Shown in pieces: positions 1 to 11,620 of a DNA stretch of 64,000 nucleotides. The DNA comes from Azolla caroliniana (Eukaryota > Plantae > Polypodiophyta): NCBI GenBank assembly GCA_043228905.1, contig JBHGNT010000012.1, positions 19,468,001 to 19,532,000 on the forward strand, written 5' to 3'. Position 1 is the first letter of the stretch. Every line of letters starts with the position of its first letter. The notes under the pieces were generated by a model. That model searched no databases and was not told the origin of the DNA. It saw only the letters and a program-made list of their open reading frames with translations. A program made the translations under genes and the position numbers.

Positions 1-326
1 GCCTCTACAACTTGCGGATGAAAGAATCCGATTCGGTCCAAGCACATCTCAATGAGTACGAAAGCATAAGCTCCCAAATCTCGTCACAGGGGACGGCAAT
101 CGAGGATGAACTCAGAGCAATGATACTCATGAGTAGCCTTCCCTCATCATGGGAAACTTTCGTCACAACCGTGTGCAACGCGTCAACCACGGCTGTTAAA
201 TACTCCGAAGTCACGAGCGCAATCTTGACCGAAGCAGCTCGGAGAAAGTCTTTCGCCAAAGACTCAACAGACGACGCTTACGTAGTACAAGGTTCGACAG
301 ACCGATCGAACATACGAGGAAGAGAT

Positions 327-1046
327 TGTTGGGTTTTCGGTCCCTCCGGATGGGATGTCCCCGGAGATAAATGACGGCAAGCCCGGTTGCGGTTACGGAA
401 CCGGATGATGAAAAGTACCCGGCATGAAGCCGGATGAAGTGTACCCGGATGCGGATCCGGATGATGTAGAGTACCCGGATACGGATCCGGATGATGAAGA
501 CCCCGGTTCCGGAACCGGATGTTGAAGACCCCGACTACGGAGCCGGATGACGAATGTACCCGGAGAGAGATCCGGAAGCGGGGACATATTTGTGAATATG
601 TTTGCCAAGGGCCCTTGAGGCTATATTTGTAAATAGCCCGAAAGTCATATGTGTATAAATATGACTTAGGGCAAACAGTTAAGGTTGTTGTTGCTCATTT
701 TCTGTTTTCCACTTAGAGGGAGCGAAGTGAGAGCAGCCGCGAGAGAGAGAGAGAGAGAGAGAAACAAAGAGGTCGACGCCTCTGTGTAATACCGCCGCCT
801 GTGGCGAGGACAGCGAGCTCAAGGTCGTCGCCTTGCAGCTCGCCATTGTATATTCCAGTGTATAGTGATAGTTGGAGTCGTGCACTCCCGTGGTTTTTCC
901 CGTTTAGGGTTTTCCACGTAAACATCCTGTGTGCTCTTCTCTCTGTTGTTCTTCGTGCATTCTTGTATTTCCCGTTTTCTGAGAATCGATCCTGTTCCTC
1001 GGTTGTGGCCGAGAGGCGAAAGATTTGATAGCGTCAAATCCTTACA
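327..1046 (+). repeat. 5' LTR of element A
   Basis: Direct repeat of 5160-5879. Contains tandem CCGGATGA-type motifs in U3, a TATAAAT box and (GA)11. Confidence 0.97.
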
Positions 1047-1049
1047 AAG

Positions 1050-1061
1050 TGGTATCAGAGC
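1050..1061 (+). promoter_or_regulatory. Primer-binding site (tRNA-iMet)
   Basis: TGGTATCAGAGC 3 nt downstream of the 5' LTR. Confidence 0.95.
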
Positions 1062-1075
1062 GACTGTTGCAGAAA

Positions 1076-4000
1076 ATGGAAGGCGGCGGCAGCGGGCAGC
1101 CGATGATGATGGTGCTGAATGCACAGAATTACGCCGACTGGAAGATCAAGATGGAGGACCTTCTGATTGTTCGGGACCTGTACGAACCGATTGACAGGTC
1201 GGAAATACCGAAAGGGGTACTTGAGTCGGAGTGGAAGCTCCTGAACCGGAAAGCCGTAGCGACGATCCGACAATACGTCGACGTGAGCGTCCTACAACAT
1301 GTGGCAAACGACACCAACGCATATGAGATGTGGAAGAAGCTGTCGGGCCTCTACGAGAGGAAGAATGCGTTGAACCGGACCTCCCTGATGAGGAAGATAG
1401 TGAATCTCAAGTACCGGGACGGCGAGAGTATGGTGGAACACGTAAGCACGTTCATGGGATTCGTGAATCAGCTTGCGGCGATCAAGTTCCCGTTGGAGGA
1501 TGCAATGCAAGCCATCATCCTGATGTGTACATTGCCGGAAAGCTGGGAGAACTTGGTGGTGACTCTCAGCACCTCGTGCACCGAAGATAACTTGTCCTTA
1601 CAAACGGTAAAGACAAGTATTCTGAATGAAGAAGCGCGTCGGAGAGATAAAGAACCGGCCTCCGACTCGAAGGCGCTGCTTACCGAATCGGAACGGGGAA
1701 GACACTGGAACCGGAGTCCGCAAAGACGGGAGAAGTCGGGGACCCGGTCGCAGTCAAGAGGAAGGCCCACATGCTTCCACTGCGGGAAGCCGGGGCACTT
1801 CCGAAAGAATTGTCGGCATTACCGAAAAGACAACGGAGCCGACGATACCGATTCGAAGAAGTCACCGGAGAGAAACGGTGCATACCGGGGAGCCACGGAC
1901 CGGAGAGGTTCGGATCGGCGAGGGCAGGACCGGAAAGGAACAACGGCACTCGCGGCAAGTGAAGAAGAGATAATGCTCATTACCGAAGAGAGGGAGCTGA
2001 ACCTTGCCGGTGTAGAGATGACCTGGGTGGTCGATTCCGGAGCGTCGTTCCACCTGACCCCGGAGAAGAAATACTTCTCATCCTACACAGCCGGTGAGCA
2101 TGGCTGTGTCCGGATGGGAAATGAAGGCACATGCCGGATTGCCGGCATAGGAGACGTGTGGCTGATGACATCAACCGGATGCAAGATGCTGCTGAAGGAT
2201 GTGCGACACGTTCCGGAGGTCCGATTGAACCTGATCTCGGCCGGGAGGCTAGATGATGAAGGCTACACGGGTAGCATCCGGAACGGTGTCATGAAGTTCA
2301 GCAAGGGGAGCCTGATAGTGGCTCGGGCTCGGAAGGTCAACACACTGTACCTGATGAACGCCCGGTTATGTCCGGAAGAGCTGAATGTGGCAGCCGACAC
2401 TGCCGGTGAGCTGTGGCACAAGAGACTGTGCCACATGAGTGAGAAGGGGATGAAAAGGCTTGCAGAAGACAACCTTATCCCAGTGAAGCATGTGCACCTG
2501 GAAAAGTGCACCGATTGCCTGGCCGGTAAGCAGAACCGAACCTCCTTCCACTCAAGGCCACCGACGAGACGTGGCGCACCACTGGAGTTGGTGCACACTG
2601 ATGTGTGTCAGGTAGAAACGAAGTCACATGGCGGAGCCCAGTACTTCGTAACATTCATTGATGATCACAGCCGGAAGCTGTGGACGGCACCGTTGAAGAC
2701 AAAGGACCAAGTGTTGTGCGTCTTCAAAGAACTCCACGCGAGAGTGGAAAGGGAATCCGGCAAGAAGCTGAAAGCGATACGAGCGGATAACGGAGGGGAA
2801 TACTGGGGGCAGTTCCAGGAGTACTGTCGCTCGAAGGGAATCCGACTCGAGTTTACTGTGCCGAAGACGCCGGAACTGAACGGGCTGGCCGAGAGGATGA
2901 ACCGGACCATAATGGAGAGGGTCCGGAGTATGCTGGCGCACGCGAAATTACCCAAGGGGTTTTGGGCTGAGGCAATGTCGACGGCGACATATGTGATAAA
3001 CCGATCACCCTCAGTACCTTTGGACGGAGACACGCCGCAGAGAGTGTGGACCGGTAGGGAAGTATCTTACCGGCATCTGAAGGTGTTCGGGTGTCTCGCA
3101 TACGTGCATGTGGCAAAGGACCGGAGAGGAAAGTTAGATCCAAAGACCCGGCCATGCATATTCCTCGGTTACGGCGACGACGAGTTCGGCTACCGAGTAT
3201 GGGACCCGGTCGACAAGAAGATATTCAGGAGTCGAGATATCATCTTCATGGAGGACAAGACACTCGCCGACTGGGAGTCGGAGAAGAAGATGAAGAGCTC
3301 CAAGTCGACCGGTGAGGATCAACTCTACGAGGAGCAGTCCCGACCGGCAAGGGACCGGTTAGCACTCGAGGATCCGGCCGAAGACGGTGAAGAAACAGAA
3401 CCGGCCGAAGAAGATGAAAATGATACCGGAACCGGCCCCGATCCCGAAATGGATTCGGATGAAGAAGAATCGGAAGAACCGGTTACCGAAGCTCCGGAAC
3501 GGAGATATCCTCTAAGAGAGAGAAGGCCCCCCCGGAGATTTCCAGAACCAGAGCACGTGCTGCTAACCGACGAGGGGGAGCCGGAGAGCTTTGAAGAAGC
3601 AAAGCATGACACCCAGAGCCGCAGGTGGTTGAGTGCCATGCAGGACGAGATGGATTCCCTGCATGAGAACCACACATATGAACTTGTGGAGTTGCCGAAA
3701 GGAAAGCGGGCACTTCGAAACAAGTGGGTGTTCAAGCTGAAACCGGGAGATGCCGGAAACCCCCCGAGATACAAAGCCAGGATCGTGGTGAAGGGGTTTC
3801 AGCAGAAGAAGGGCGTCGACTTCGACGAGATATTTGCCCCGGTAGTGAAGATGACCTCCATCCGGACGGTGCTGAGCATAGCGGCAAGCATGGACCTTGA
3901 GGTAGAACAGATGGACGTGAAGACGGCATTCCTTCACGGTGACCTCGATGAAGAGATCTACATGCAGCAATCGGAAGGATTCGAGAAGAAAGGGAAGGAG

Positions 4001-5149
4001 CACCTGGTATGCCGGTTGAAGAAGAGCCTTTACGGACTGAAGCAGGCTCCCCGGCAATGGTACCGGAAGTTCGACTCCTTCATGACAGACGAAGGGTACC
4101 TCAAAACGCAGTCCGACCACTGCGTGTTTGTGAAGAAGTTCGAAGGAGGAGACTCTCTAATACTCCTCCTGTACGTGGACGACATGTTGATCGTCGGACG
4201 GGACCAGGTCAAGATACGGATGCTGAAGAAGGCTCTTCACCGAACTTACTCAATGAAGGACCTGGGTCCGGCGAGGCAAATACTAGGGATGCACATCATC
4301 CGGAACCGGAAGAAGAAGCAGTTGTGGCTGTCACAGGAGAAGTACGTGACGAAGGTGCTTCACCGGTTCAACATGTCGGAGGCAAGACCGGTCGGATCGA
4401 CCCTCCCGGCAAACTGCAAGTTGTCCAGCAAGCAGAGCCCCAAGACAAAGGCTGAGAAGGAGGACATGATGAAAGTACCATATGCCTCTGCCGTCGGAAG
4501 CTTGATGTACGCAATGGTGTGTACAAGACCGGACATAGGATACGCAGTCGGAGTGGTGAGCCGGTACATGAGCAATCCCGGCAAGGAGCACTGGAACGCG
4601 GTCAAGTGGATACTCCGATACCTGAAGGGCACGGCAAACGTGTGCCTCCGATTCGGCTCCGGAAAGCCCGAACTCGACGGCTTTACTGATTCGGATATGT
4701 CGGCTGATGCAGATACCAGCCGGTCCACATCAGGGTATGTGATGACGTATGCAGGGGGAGCTGTTTCGTGGCAGTCGAGGCTGCAGAAGACGGTCGCGTT
4801 GTCAACCACGGAGGCGGAGTACATGGCGGCTGTTGAAGCCGGCAAGGAAATAATATGGATGAAGGACTTCATTAGAGAGCTCGGTATCCGACAAGAGGAG
4901 TACCGACTCTACTGCGACAGTCAGAGTGCCATCCACCTTGCGAAGAACGCGGCCTATCACTCCCGGACGAAGCACATCCAGCGAAGATATCACTGGATCC
5001 GGGAAAGGATAGAAGACAAGGAGTTCATGCTGACGAAGATCCACACGGAAGAGAACGGGTCAGATATGCTGACCAAAGTGCTCACACCCGACAAGTTGGA
5101 AGCATGCCGGAAGAGGATTGGATTGGAGAGACATCCCATGCCGAAGTGA
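1076..5149 (+). CDS. gag-pol: Copia Gag-Pol polyprotein (gag, zinc knuckle, protease, integrase, RT, RNase H), intact
   Basis: CFHCGKPGHFRKNC knuckle, WVVDSGAS protease, HKRLCH/C-x2-C and VHTD…DNGGEY integrase, YVDD RT, RNase H. First ATG after the PBS is at 1076. Confidence 0.97.
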   Translation: MEGGGSGQPMMMVLNAQNYADWKIKMEDLLIVRDLYEPIDRSEIPKGVLESEWKLLNRKAVATIRQYVDVSVLQHVANDTNAYEMWKKLSGLYERKNALNRTSLMRKIVNLKYRDGESMVEHVSTFMGFVNQLAAIKFPLEDAMQAIILMCTLPESWENLVVTLSTSCTEDNLSLQTVKTSILNEEARRRDKEPASDSKALLTESERGRHWNRSPQRREKSGTRSQSRGRPTCFHCGKPGHFRKNCRHYRKDNGADDTDSKKSPERNGAYRGATDRRGSDRRGQDRKGTTALAASEEEIMLITEERELNLAGVEMTWVVDSGASFHLTPEKKYFSSYTAGEHGCVRMGNEGTCRIAGIGDVWLMTSTGCKMLLKDVRHVPEVRLNLISAGRLDDEGYTGSIRNGVMKFSKGSLIVARARKVNTLYLMNARLCPEELNVAADTAGELWHKRLCHMSEKGMKRLAEDNLIPVKHVHLEKCTDCLAGKQNRTSFHSRPPTRRGAPLELVHTDVCQVETKSHGGAQYFVTFIDDHSRKLWTAPLKTKDQVLCVFKELHARVERESGKKLKAIRADNGGEYWGQFQEYCRSKGIRLEFTVPKTPELNGLAERMNRTIMERVRSMLAHAKLPKGFWAEAMSTATYVINRSPSVPLDGDTPQRVWTGREVSYRHLKVFGCLAYVHVAKDRRGKLDPKTRPCIFLGYGDDEFGYRVWDPVDKKIFRSRDIIFMEDKTLADWESEKKMKSSKSTGEDQLYEEQSRPARDRLALEDPAEDGEETEPAEEDENDTGTGPDPEMDSDEEESEEPVTEAPERRYPLRERRPPRRFPEPEHVLLTDEGEPESFEEAKHDTQSRRWLSAMQDEMDSLHENHTYELVELPKGKRALRNKWVFKLKPGDAGNPPRYKARIVVKGFQQKKGVDFDEIFAPVVKMTSIRTVLSIAASMDLEVEQMDVKTAFLHGDLDEEIYMQQSEGFEKKGKEHLVCRLKKSLYGLKQAPRQWYRKFDSFMTDEGYLKTQSDHCVFVKKFEGGDSLILLLYVDDMLIVGRDQVKIRMLKKALHRTYSMKDLGPARQILGMHIIRNRKKKQLWLSQEKYVTKVLHRFNMSEARPVGSTLPANCKLSSKQSPKTKAEKEDMMKVPYASAVGSLMYAMVCTRPDIGYAVGVVSRYMSNPGKEHWNAVKWILRYLKGTANVCLRFGSGKPELDGFTDSDMSADADTSRSTSGYVMTYAGGAVSWQSRLQKTVALSTTEAEYMAAVEAGKEIIWMKDFIRELGIRQEEYRLYCDSQSAIHLAKNAAYHSRTKHIQRRYHWIRERIEDKEFMLTKIHTEENGSDMLTKVLTPDKLEACRKRIGLERHPMPK

Positions 5150-5159
5150 AGGGGGAGTT

Positions 5160-5879
5160 TGTTGGGTTTTCGGTCCCTCCGGATGGGATGTCCCCGGAGA
5201 TAAATGACGGCAAGCCCGGTTGCGGTTACGGAACCGGATGATGAAAAGTACCCGGCATGAAGCCGGATGAAGTGTACCCGGATGCGGATCCGGATGATGT
5301 AGAGTACCCGGATACGGATCCGGATGATGAAGACCCCGGTTCCGGAACCGGATGTTGAAGACCCCGACTACGGAGCCGGATGACGAATGTACCCGGAGAG
5401 AGATCCGGAAGCGGGGACATATTTGTGAATATGTTTGCCAAGGGCCCTTGAGGCTATATTTGTAAATAGCCCGAAAGTCATATGTGTATAAATATGACTT
5501 AGGGCAAACAGTTAAGGTTGTTGTTGCTCATTTTCTGTTTTCCACTTAGAGGGAGCGAAGTGAGAGCAGCCGCGAGAGAGAGAGAGAGAGAGAGAAACAA
5601 AGAGGTCGACGCCTCTGTGTAATACCGCCGCCTGTGGCGAGGACAGCGAGCTCAAGGTCGTCGCCTTGCAGCTCGCCATTGTATATTCCAGTGTATAGTG
5701 ATAGTTGGAGTCGTGCACTCCCGTGGTTTTTCCCGTTTAGGGTTTTCCACGTAAACATCCTGTGTGCTCTTCTCTCTGTTGTTCTTCGTGCATTCTTGTA
5801 TTTCCCGTTTTCTGAGAATCGATCCTGTTCCTCGGTTGTGGCCGAGAGGCGAAATATTTGATAGCGTCAAATCCTTACA
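5160..5879 (+). repeat. 3' LTR of element A
   Basis: Near-identical to 327-1046; preceded by PPT. Confidence 0.97.
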
Positions 5880-5884
5880 GAGAT

Positions 5885-8800
5885 TACTCACGGCCGCCGA
5901 ACAATCAGCGAAGACGGAGCCAGTCACGGGATAACCGAATCTGCAACTACTGCAAGAAACCCGGACACATCAAAGCCGACTGCCGCGCACTCAAGAACAA
6001 GAACAACAAGAAGAGTGGCCGGCATGAGGAGATCAATTACGTCAGCTTCTCAGCTGATGTACTACCGGACGACCCGAATATACTATCAATCGAAAATCCA
6101 GTCGGATCAGAAGTTCTGCTCACGACTGAAGAATCGAGCACGTGGCTCTTGGATTCGGGCGCGTCATTTCACGTGACTCCTCATCGATCCCAATTTCGGC
6201 AATATACGATCCGTCACTCCGACTCAGTTCGAGTCGGCAACTCACAACACTGTGACATCATCGGAATCGGCACAGTAGAGCTCAACCTTGCAGGTGGCTC
6301 TACACTTGTACTCCACAATGTCCGACATGTACCCGAGCTCTCAAGGCCATTGATCTCAGTCGGACAACTAGATGAAGACGGCATTCGTGCCGGCTTTTCT
6401 TCGGGAGGGTGGACACTCCACAGGGGGAACCTCCTGCTTGCTAGAGGACCCAAGATACACTCGCTGTATCCGTTACATGTTACGCTCAGAGAGGGTAACC
6501 TGTTTTTGGTGGATATTCCTGTGTCATCACTATGGCACAGAAGATTAGGACACCTCAGCAAGGCCGGCATCACGCATCTATCTAGAGCCGGATACATCCC
6601 AAAACTCTCCTTCTCCGACCATCAATTCTGCGAGCATTGCCAGTATGGCAAACAAGCAGCCGCATCACACCCGACATCAGCACCAAGAGAAACGAGACCT
6701 CTTGATTTAGTCCATTCGGACGTCTGTGGCCCAATGCCGCATCAGTCTCTAGGCGGTGCCTCTTACTTCGTCAGTTTTATTGACGATTCGACTCGAAAGG
6801 TGTGGGCTTATCCAATTCGCACCAAAGATCGTGTCTTCTCGATCTTCACCGATTGGCTCGCTATGGTGGAAAATCAAACCGACCGAAAGCTGAAATGCTT
6901 TCGAACCGACAACGGGGGAGAGTTTAAATCCGAAGAATTCGTCAAATTCTGCCGACAACGCGGCATCCGACGTGAACTTACGGCACCACACAGTCCGGAG
7001 CAAAACGGGATTGCAGAACGAATGAATCGGACAATCCAAGAACGGACAGTTTCCATGCTCCAACACTCCGGACTGTCGGATGGCTTCTGGGCAGAGGCTC
7101 TACTCACGGCAGTACACATAATCAATATGTCGCCAAGTAGACCTCTAGGACTTCAAATTCCTCAGGAACTATGGATCGGCAGTAAGCCGAATTACGACAA
7201 GCTGAGGATCTTCGGATGTGAGGCGTACGCCCTCATTCCGAAAGATGATCGCCGAAAACTTGCACCTCGGTCCAGGAAATGCATTTTCCTTGGATATGGA
7301 TCCGACGGCGAAATGGGATACCGACTCTGGGACCCCGAACGCAGGCAAATCGTTCGAAGTTCGGACGTTGTGTTCAACGAGTCGGCTATGAACCCATCAG
7401 TCGAAAAACCAATCGAAGTCCGAAGGGTAACATTTTCCGATGTGCCGACCCTTCAAGAAGGCCCCGCTCTCAACACACGGTCAGCTTCACGGGTAGCTGA
7501 ACCTTACTCTACCGACTCGGACAACTCCGACTCGGCACAGCAGAACAACTCGCTTTCGGACCATCCGACCACGATACCCGATGCGACCAGTCCAATCATA
7601 CCTCGACGATCCGAGAGACTGTCGCAACCTCCGGAGAGGTACTCTCCTGGAATTTTCTTCACCGACGCCGGCGAACCGACGTCATACGAAGAAGCATCGA
7701 CATCTGTCGATTCCGCCACCTGGCATCTGGCGATGGAGTCGGAAATGCACTCCATTCGGGCAAACAAGACTTGGGATCTGGTCGAATTACCTAGGAACCG
7801 ACGTGCTCTTCCTTGCAAGTGGGTTTATCGACTAAAAGAGACGTCTGATTCGACCACCCCAAAGTACAAGGCCAGATTAGTTGCGAAGGGCTTCCGGCAA
7901 GAATATGGCGTCGACTTCGACGAGATTTTTTCACCAGTGGTGAAAATGACAACCCTTCGTTTTCTGCTCGGCGTAGTGGCAGCCGACAACTTGGAGCTGA
8001 TTCAGCTAGATGTCAAAACAGCCTTCCTCCATGGTGATCTCGAGGAGGAAATTTATATGGAGCAGCCAAAAGGCTTCGTGGCACCTGGCCAAGAACATCT
8101 AGTCTGCCGACTCAGGAAGAGTCTATACGGCCTCAAACAGGCACCGCGACAATGGTACAAGAAGTTCGACGACTTCATCCAATCGATCGGCTTCTCAAAA
8201 AGCGATGAGGACCATTGTCTCTTTACCAACACAGCTCAAGATGGATCACCCATCTTCCTCATCATTTACGTGGACGACATGCTAATTTCTGGACGCCACT
8301 CGGGCGAACTTGCCGATCTCGTTCGGCAACTGCGGTTGAAGTTTGCCATGAAGGACCTCGGTCCGGCACGACACATACTCGGCATGAAGATTAGTCGACA
8401 TCGCGATAAACGACATCTTTTTTTGTCTCAGACCGACTACATCGGACGTGTCTTGGAACGCTTCAACATGCAATCAGCCAAATCTGCTTCAACCCCGCTC
8501 CCTATGAATCTTCGGCTCTCTCAGCGAGACTTCCCGACATCCGGTCCGGAGGGGGAAGATATGAAGTCGGTACCGTATGCACCGGCAGTCGGCTCCCTTA
8601 TGTACCTGATGGTCGCGACACGGCCTGATATCTCTCATGCCGTAGGAGTCGTTAGCAGATTTATGCACAATCCTGGCCGATCGCATTGGAACGCAGTCAA
8701 GCATGTGTTCAGATATCTGGCTGGCACAAAAGACCATGGCATTCTTTTCGGTCCGAACCGAACCTCAGGCGTAGTCGGTTACACCGACTCGGATTTCGCC

Positions 8801-9250
8801 GGCTGTATAGACAGTCGAAAATCAACAACCGGATACTGCTTCAAATTCGGCAATGGAGCAATCTCGTGGAAGTCGAAACTTCAGGAGTGCACAGCGACCT
8901 CAACAACCGAAGCAGAATATGTAGCTGCGTCCGACGCAGCAAAAGAAGCTTTGTGGCTCGGTCGGCTGGCGCACACGTTTCGACAAGTCGACCATGACTC
9001 AGCTCCAGTTGTCTACAGCGACAGTCAAGGTGCTGTTGCCCTGTCAAAAAATCCGGTTCACCACAACGCCTCCAAACATATCGACGTTCGATATCACTTC
9101 GTTCGGGACTGCGTCATTTCAGGGAAAATCGGTCTAGAGAAAATATCCACAACCGACAATGTCGCAGATGGAATGACCAAGTGTCTTTCGGCAGACCGTT
9201 TTCGGTTTCTTCGGCATCAGATGGGCGTAACGACAAACCAGTCCGGTTAG
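5885..9250 (+). CDS. gag-pol: Copia Gag-Pol of host element B (C-terminal part; N-terminal part at 1-326)
   Basis: CNYCKKPGHIKADC, WLLDSGAS, VHSD…DNGGEF, YVDD and RNase H motifs; no internal stop. Confidence 0.93.
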   Translation, partial: YSRPPNNQRRRSQSRDNRICNYCKKPGHIKADCRALKNKNNKKSGRHEEINYVSFSADVLPDDPNILSIENPVGSEVLLTTEESSTWLLDSGASFHVTPHRSQFRQYTIRHSDSVRVGNSQHCDIIGIGTVELNLAGGSTLVLHNVRHVPELSRPLISVGQLDEDGIRAGFSSGGWTLHRGNLLLARGPKIHSLYPLHVTLREGNLFLVDIPVSSLWHRRLGHLSKAGITHLSRAGYIPKLSFSDHQFCEHCQYGKQAAASHPTSAPRETRPLDLVHSDVCGPMPHQSLGGASYFVSFIDDSTRKVWAYPIRTKDRVFSIFTDWLAMVENQTDRKLKCFRTDNGGEFKSEEFVKFCRQRGIRRELTAPHSPEQNGIAERMNRTIQERTVSMLQHSGLSDGFWAEALLTAVHIINMSPSRPLGLQIPQELWIGSKPNYDKLRIFGCEAYALIPKDDRRKLAPRSRKCIFLGYGSDGEMGYRLWDPERRQIVRSSDVVFNESAMNPSVEKPIEVRRVTFSDVPTLQEGPALNTRSASRVAEPYSTDSDNSDSAQQNNSLSDHPTTIPDATSPIIPRRSERLSQPPERYSPGIFFTDAGEPTSYEEASTSVDSATWHLAMESEMHSIRANKTWDLVELPRNRRALPCKWVYRLKETSDSTTPKYKARLVAKGFRQEYGVDFDEIFSPVVKMTTLRFLLGVVAADNLELIQLDVKTAFLHGDLEEEIYMEQPKGFVAPGQEHLVCRLRKSLYGLKQAPRQWYKKFDDFIQSIGFSKSDEDHCLFTNTAQDGSPIFLIIYVDDMLISGRHSGELADLVRQLRLKFAMKDLGPARHILGMKISRHRDKRHLFLSQTDYIGRVLERFNMQSAKSASTPLPMNLRLSQRDFPTSGPEGEDMKSVPYAPAVGSLMYLMVATRPDISHAVGVVSRFMHNPGRSHWNAVKHVFRYLAGTKDHGILFGPNRTSGVVGYTDSDFAGCIDSRKSTTGYCFKFGNGAISWKSKLQECTATSTTEAEYVAASDAAKEALWLGRLAHTFRQVDHDSAPVVYSDSQGAVALSKNPVHHNASKHIDVRYHFVRDCVISGKIGLEKISTTDNVADGMTKCLSADRFRFLRHQMGVTTNQSG

Positions 9251-9443
9251 AGCCGGACACAGAGCAGGATGGTTCCCGACAACCGACATCAGTTCCTTAA
9301 TGATCGGCCTCAACTGTTCTGACCCGACCAGTTCGGTCTTCTGCTTTCGGACCCTGCCGACTCGAACAAAGCTGATATGTCCGAGAACCCAAGTCTATAC
9401 CTGTAATCTTAGATAACCCATGTATACGCCCATTACGGGGGAG

Positions 9444-9621
9444 TGTCGAATACATGTGTATAATGGACGTATTCACACTATCCCGTTTTGGCCATTTATG
9501 TAATTAGCATAAAGGGTAGTTGCCCTAAGTCAGTCACTATATATAGTGACCTTGTAACCTCTTTGTGAGGTTGGGCTGTTGTATTGTTGCTTTGAGAAAT
9601 AAAGAGTCTTTTGTGTCTCTC

Positions 9622-9664
<43 letters not shown>

Positions 9665-9753
9665 AACGACCTACATTCCATCATTCACAGGGAAGGAACA
9701 GGGATCGAATGCTTCTCGATCTTCCGCATTGACGACCTTCCTCGCATACAACA
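9444..9753 (+). repeat. 3' LTR of element B, contains (CT)n
   Basis: Follows PPT; TG…CA ends. Its 5' end resembles that of the related element at 45217-50775. Confidence 0.75.
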
Positions 9754-11620
9754 ATGAGGAGCCACTTACTTTTGAAGATGCATGTGATGATCCACATTGG
9801 ATGAGTGCTATGCAATCAGAAATGGATTCCATTCATAAAAATGGTACTTGGGAGTTATGTGAATTGCCAAAAGGAAAGAATGTGATTGGTACTAGGTGGG
9901 TTTACAAGATTAAACGAAAGCCCGATGGTAGTATTGATCGCTACAAAGCTAGATTGGTTGCCAAAGGATATGCCCAACAATATGGCATTGATTATGAGGA
10001 AACTTTTGCACCTACTTCACTCATGACTACCATTCGTACCGTGGTTGTATTGGCTGCCCAAAGAGGTTGGAAAATGCATCAATTGGACATAAAAACAGCC
10101 TTTTTAAATGGTGATTTGCAAGAAGAGGTTTATGTGAAGCAACCTCCTGGATTTGCTACGAAAGAGAAAGAGCATATGGTTTGTCGCTTGCATAAGGCCT
10201 TGTATGGTCTCAAGCAAGCTCCGCGTGCATGGTATGAAAAAATCCATAAGCACTTGATTTCTCTTGGCTTCACATGTAGTCCGATTGAAAGCACACTTTA
10301 TGTACGCAAAGATGGGGCTGATCTTCGAGTGCTCGTTCTTTATGTTGATGACATACTCTTGACTGGGTCATGTGATGCAAAACTCGATTTTCTTATGGCT
10401 GATTTGCAGCATACTTTTGAAGTCACTTATCTTGGTCTTTTGAGCTACTATCTTGGCATCCAGTTTGTATCCGTTGAGGGGGGAATGTTTATGCATCAAG
10501 GAAAGTATGTTGAAAAACTACTTCAGCGTTTTGACTTTGAGGATTGCAAGCCGGTTTATACACCTGTGGAGACAGGATTTAGGTTCTCTGTTGAGGATTC
10601 TAGTGATGCGTTTGATACTTCTCTTTATCAACAAGCTGTGGGATGTCTTATATATGCATGCAATACAAGGCCGGATATACAGTATGCAGTCTCCCAATTG
10701 AGTCGATTCATGCATAGCCCTGGCACTAAGCATTGGCAAGCAGTGAAACGTGTGTTCAGATATCTTAGAGGCACTTTGAGCTTGGGTCTCTTTTATGGCA
10801 GAGATACTCAGCCATGCTTGCATGCTTTTACAGATAGTGATTGGGCTGGTTGTTATGATACTCGCGTGTCCACTAGTGGTAATTGCTTTTTCTTTGGAAA
10901 CTCATGTATATCTTGGTTGAGTAAAAAGCAACCTACAGTGGCGACATCAAGTTGTGAAGCTGAGTACAGGGCAGTTTTCACAGCTACAGTGGAGTGTATA
11001 TGGCTAAGACGCCTTTGATGGATCTTTGCATGGAGATTGAAGTTGCTACACGTATTCTCACAGATAGTCAGAGTGCATTGGCTGTTGCACGAAATCCTGT
11101 ATTTCATGCACAGACCAAACACATTGAGGTGCATTATCACTATGTGAGAGAGCGCTTTCATGCAGGAGATATTGATTTGGTATATGTGCCTACACAAGAT
11201 AACGTGGCAGACATATTCACCAAAGCTCTTCCACGAGAAAAGTTTGAAGCTTTTCGCAAAGCTTTAGGCTTATTGCCTTGTGGGGGCTGATCTGTCACTC
11301 CTTGTACATGTTCACATCATTCGCTCCAGGGGGGTTTGTTACACTTGCGTGTTCCTCTAGTAGCTTTGATGTGAACCATTTTCCCTATACATGGGCACTT
11401 TTTACTCTAGTGCTGGCTAGAGGTTTTTTCCCCATGTTATCACATACATGAGTCACTCATATGTGGTGGTACTTAGTACTTAGGGATATATATTTCAGCT
11501 CCTATTATTTTTTAGATATATTCATCAATAGAGAGCTATTCCAGCCATTGCCTTCCTTGTGTGAGTGCTTCTTTCTTTGAGCTTCTTGTGTGTTTCCCAC
11601 TCTTCCTCACATACCCAACA
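9754..11620 (+). mobile_element. Older Copia element C (RT-RNase H plus 3' LTR), host of element B
   Basis: RT (YVDD) and RNase H ORFs 9754-11018 and 10994-11290 separated by a frameshift. PPT AGGGGGG at ~11328-11334. Putative LTR ~11337-11620 (TGTTA…CAACA). Confidence 0.85.

Larger units (their letters stand above)
327..5879 (+). mobile_element. Full-length young Ty1/Copia LTR retrotransposon (element A)
   Basis: 720-bp LTRs 327-1046 and 5160-5879 (TG…CA; only one difference spotted). 5-bp TSD GAGAT (322-326/5880-5884). PBS TGGTATCAGAGC at 1050-1061. PPT at ~5143-5157. Uninterrupted gag-pol ORF. Confidence 0.98.
1..9753 (+). mobile_element. Ty1/Copia LTR retrotransposon (host element B; 5' end outside window), interrupted by element A
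   Basis: gag 1-326 rejoins 5885-9250 in frame once the insert and one TSD copy are removed (…RGRD|YSRPP…). PPT CATTACGGGGGAG at ~9431-9443. 3' LTR ~9444-9753 (TGTCG…CAACA). Confidence 0.9.

Noticed and set aside
5858-5884. Annotated start of the 1130-aa ORF
   Set aside because: It begins inside the LTR of element A. The true N-terminus lies upstream of the insertion (before position 1).
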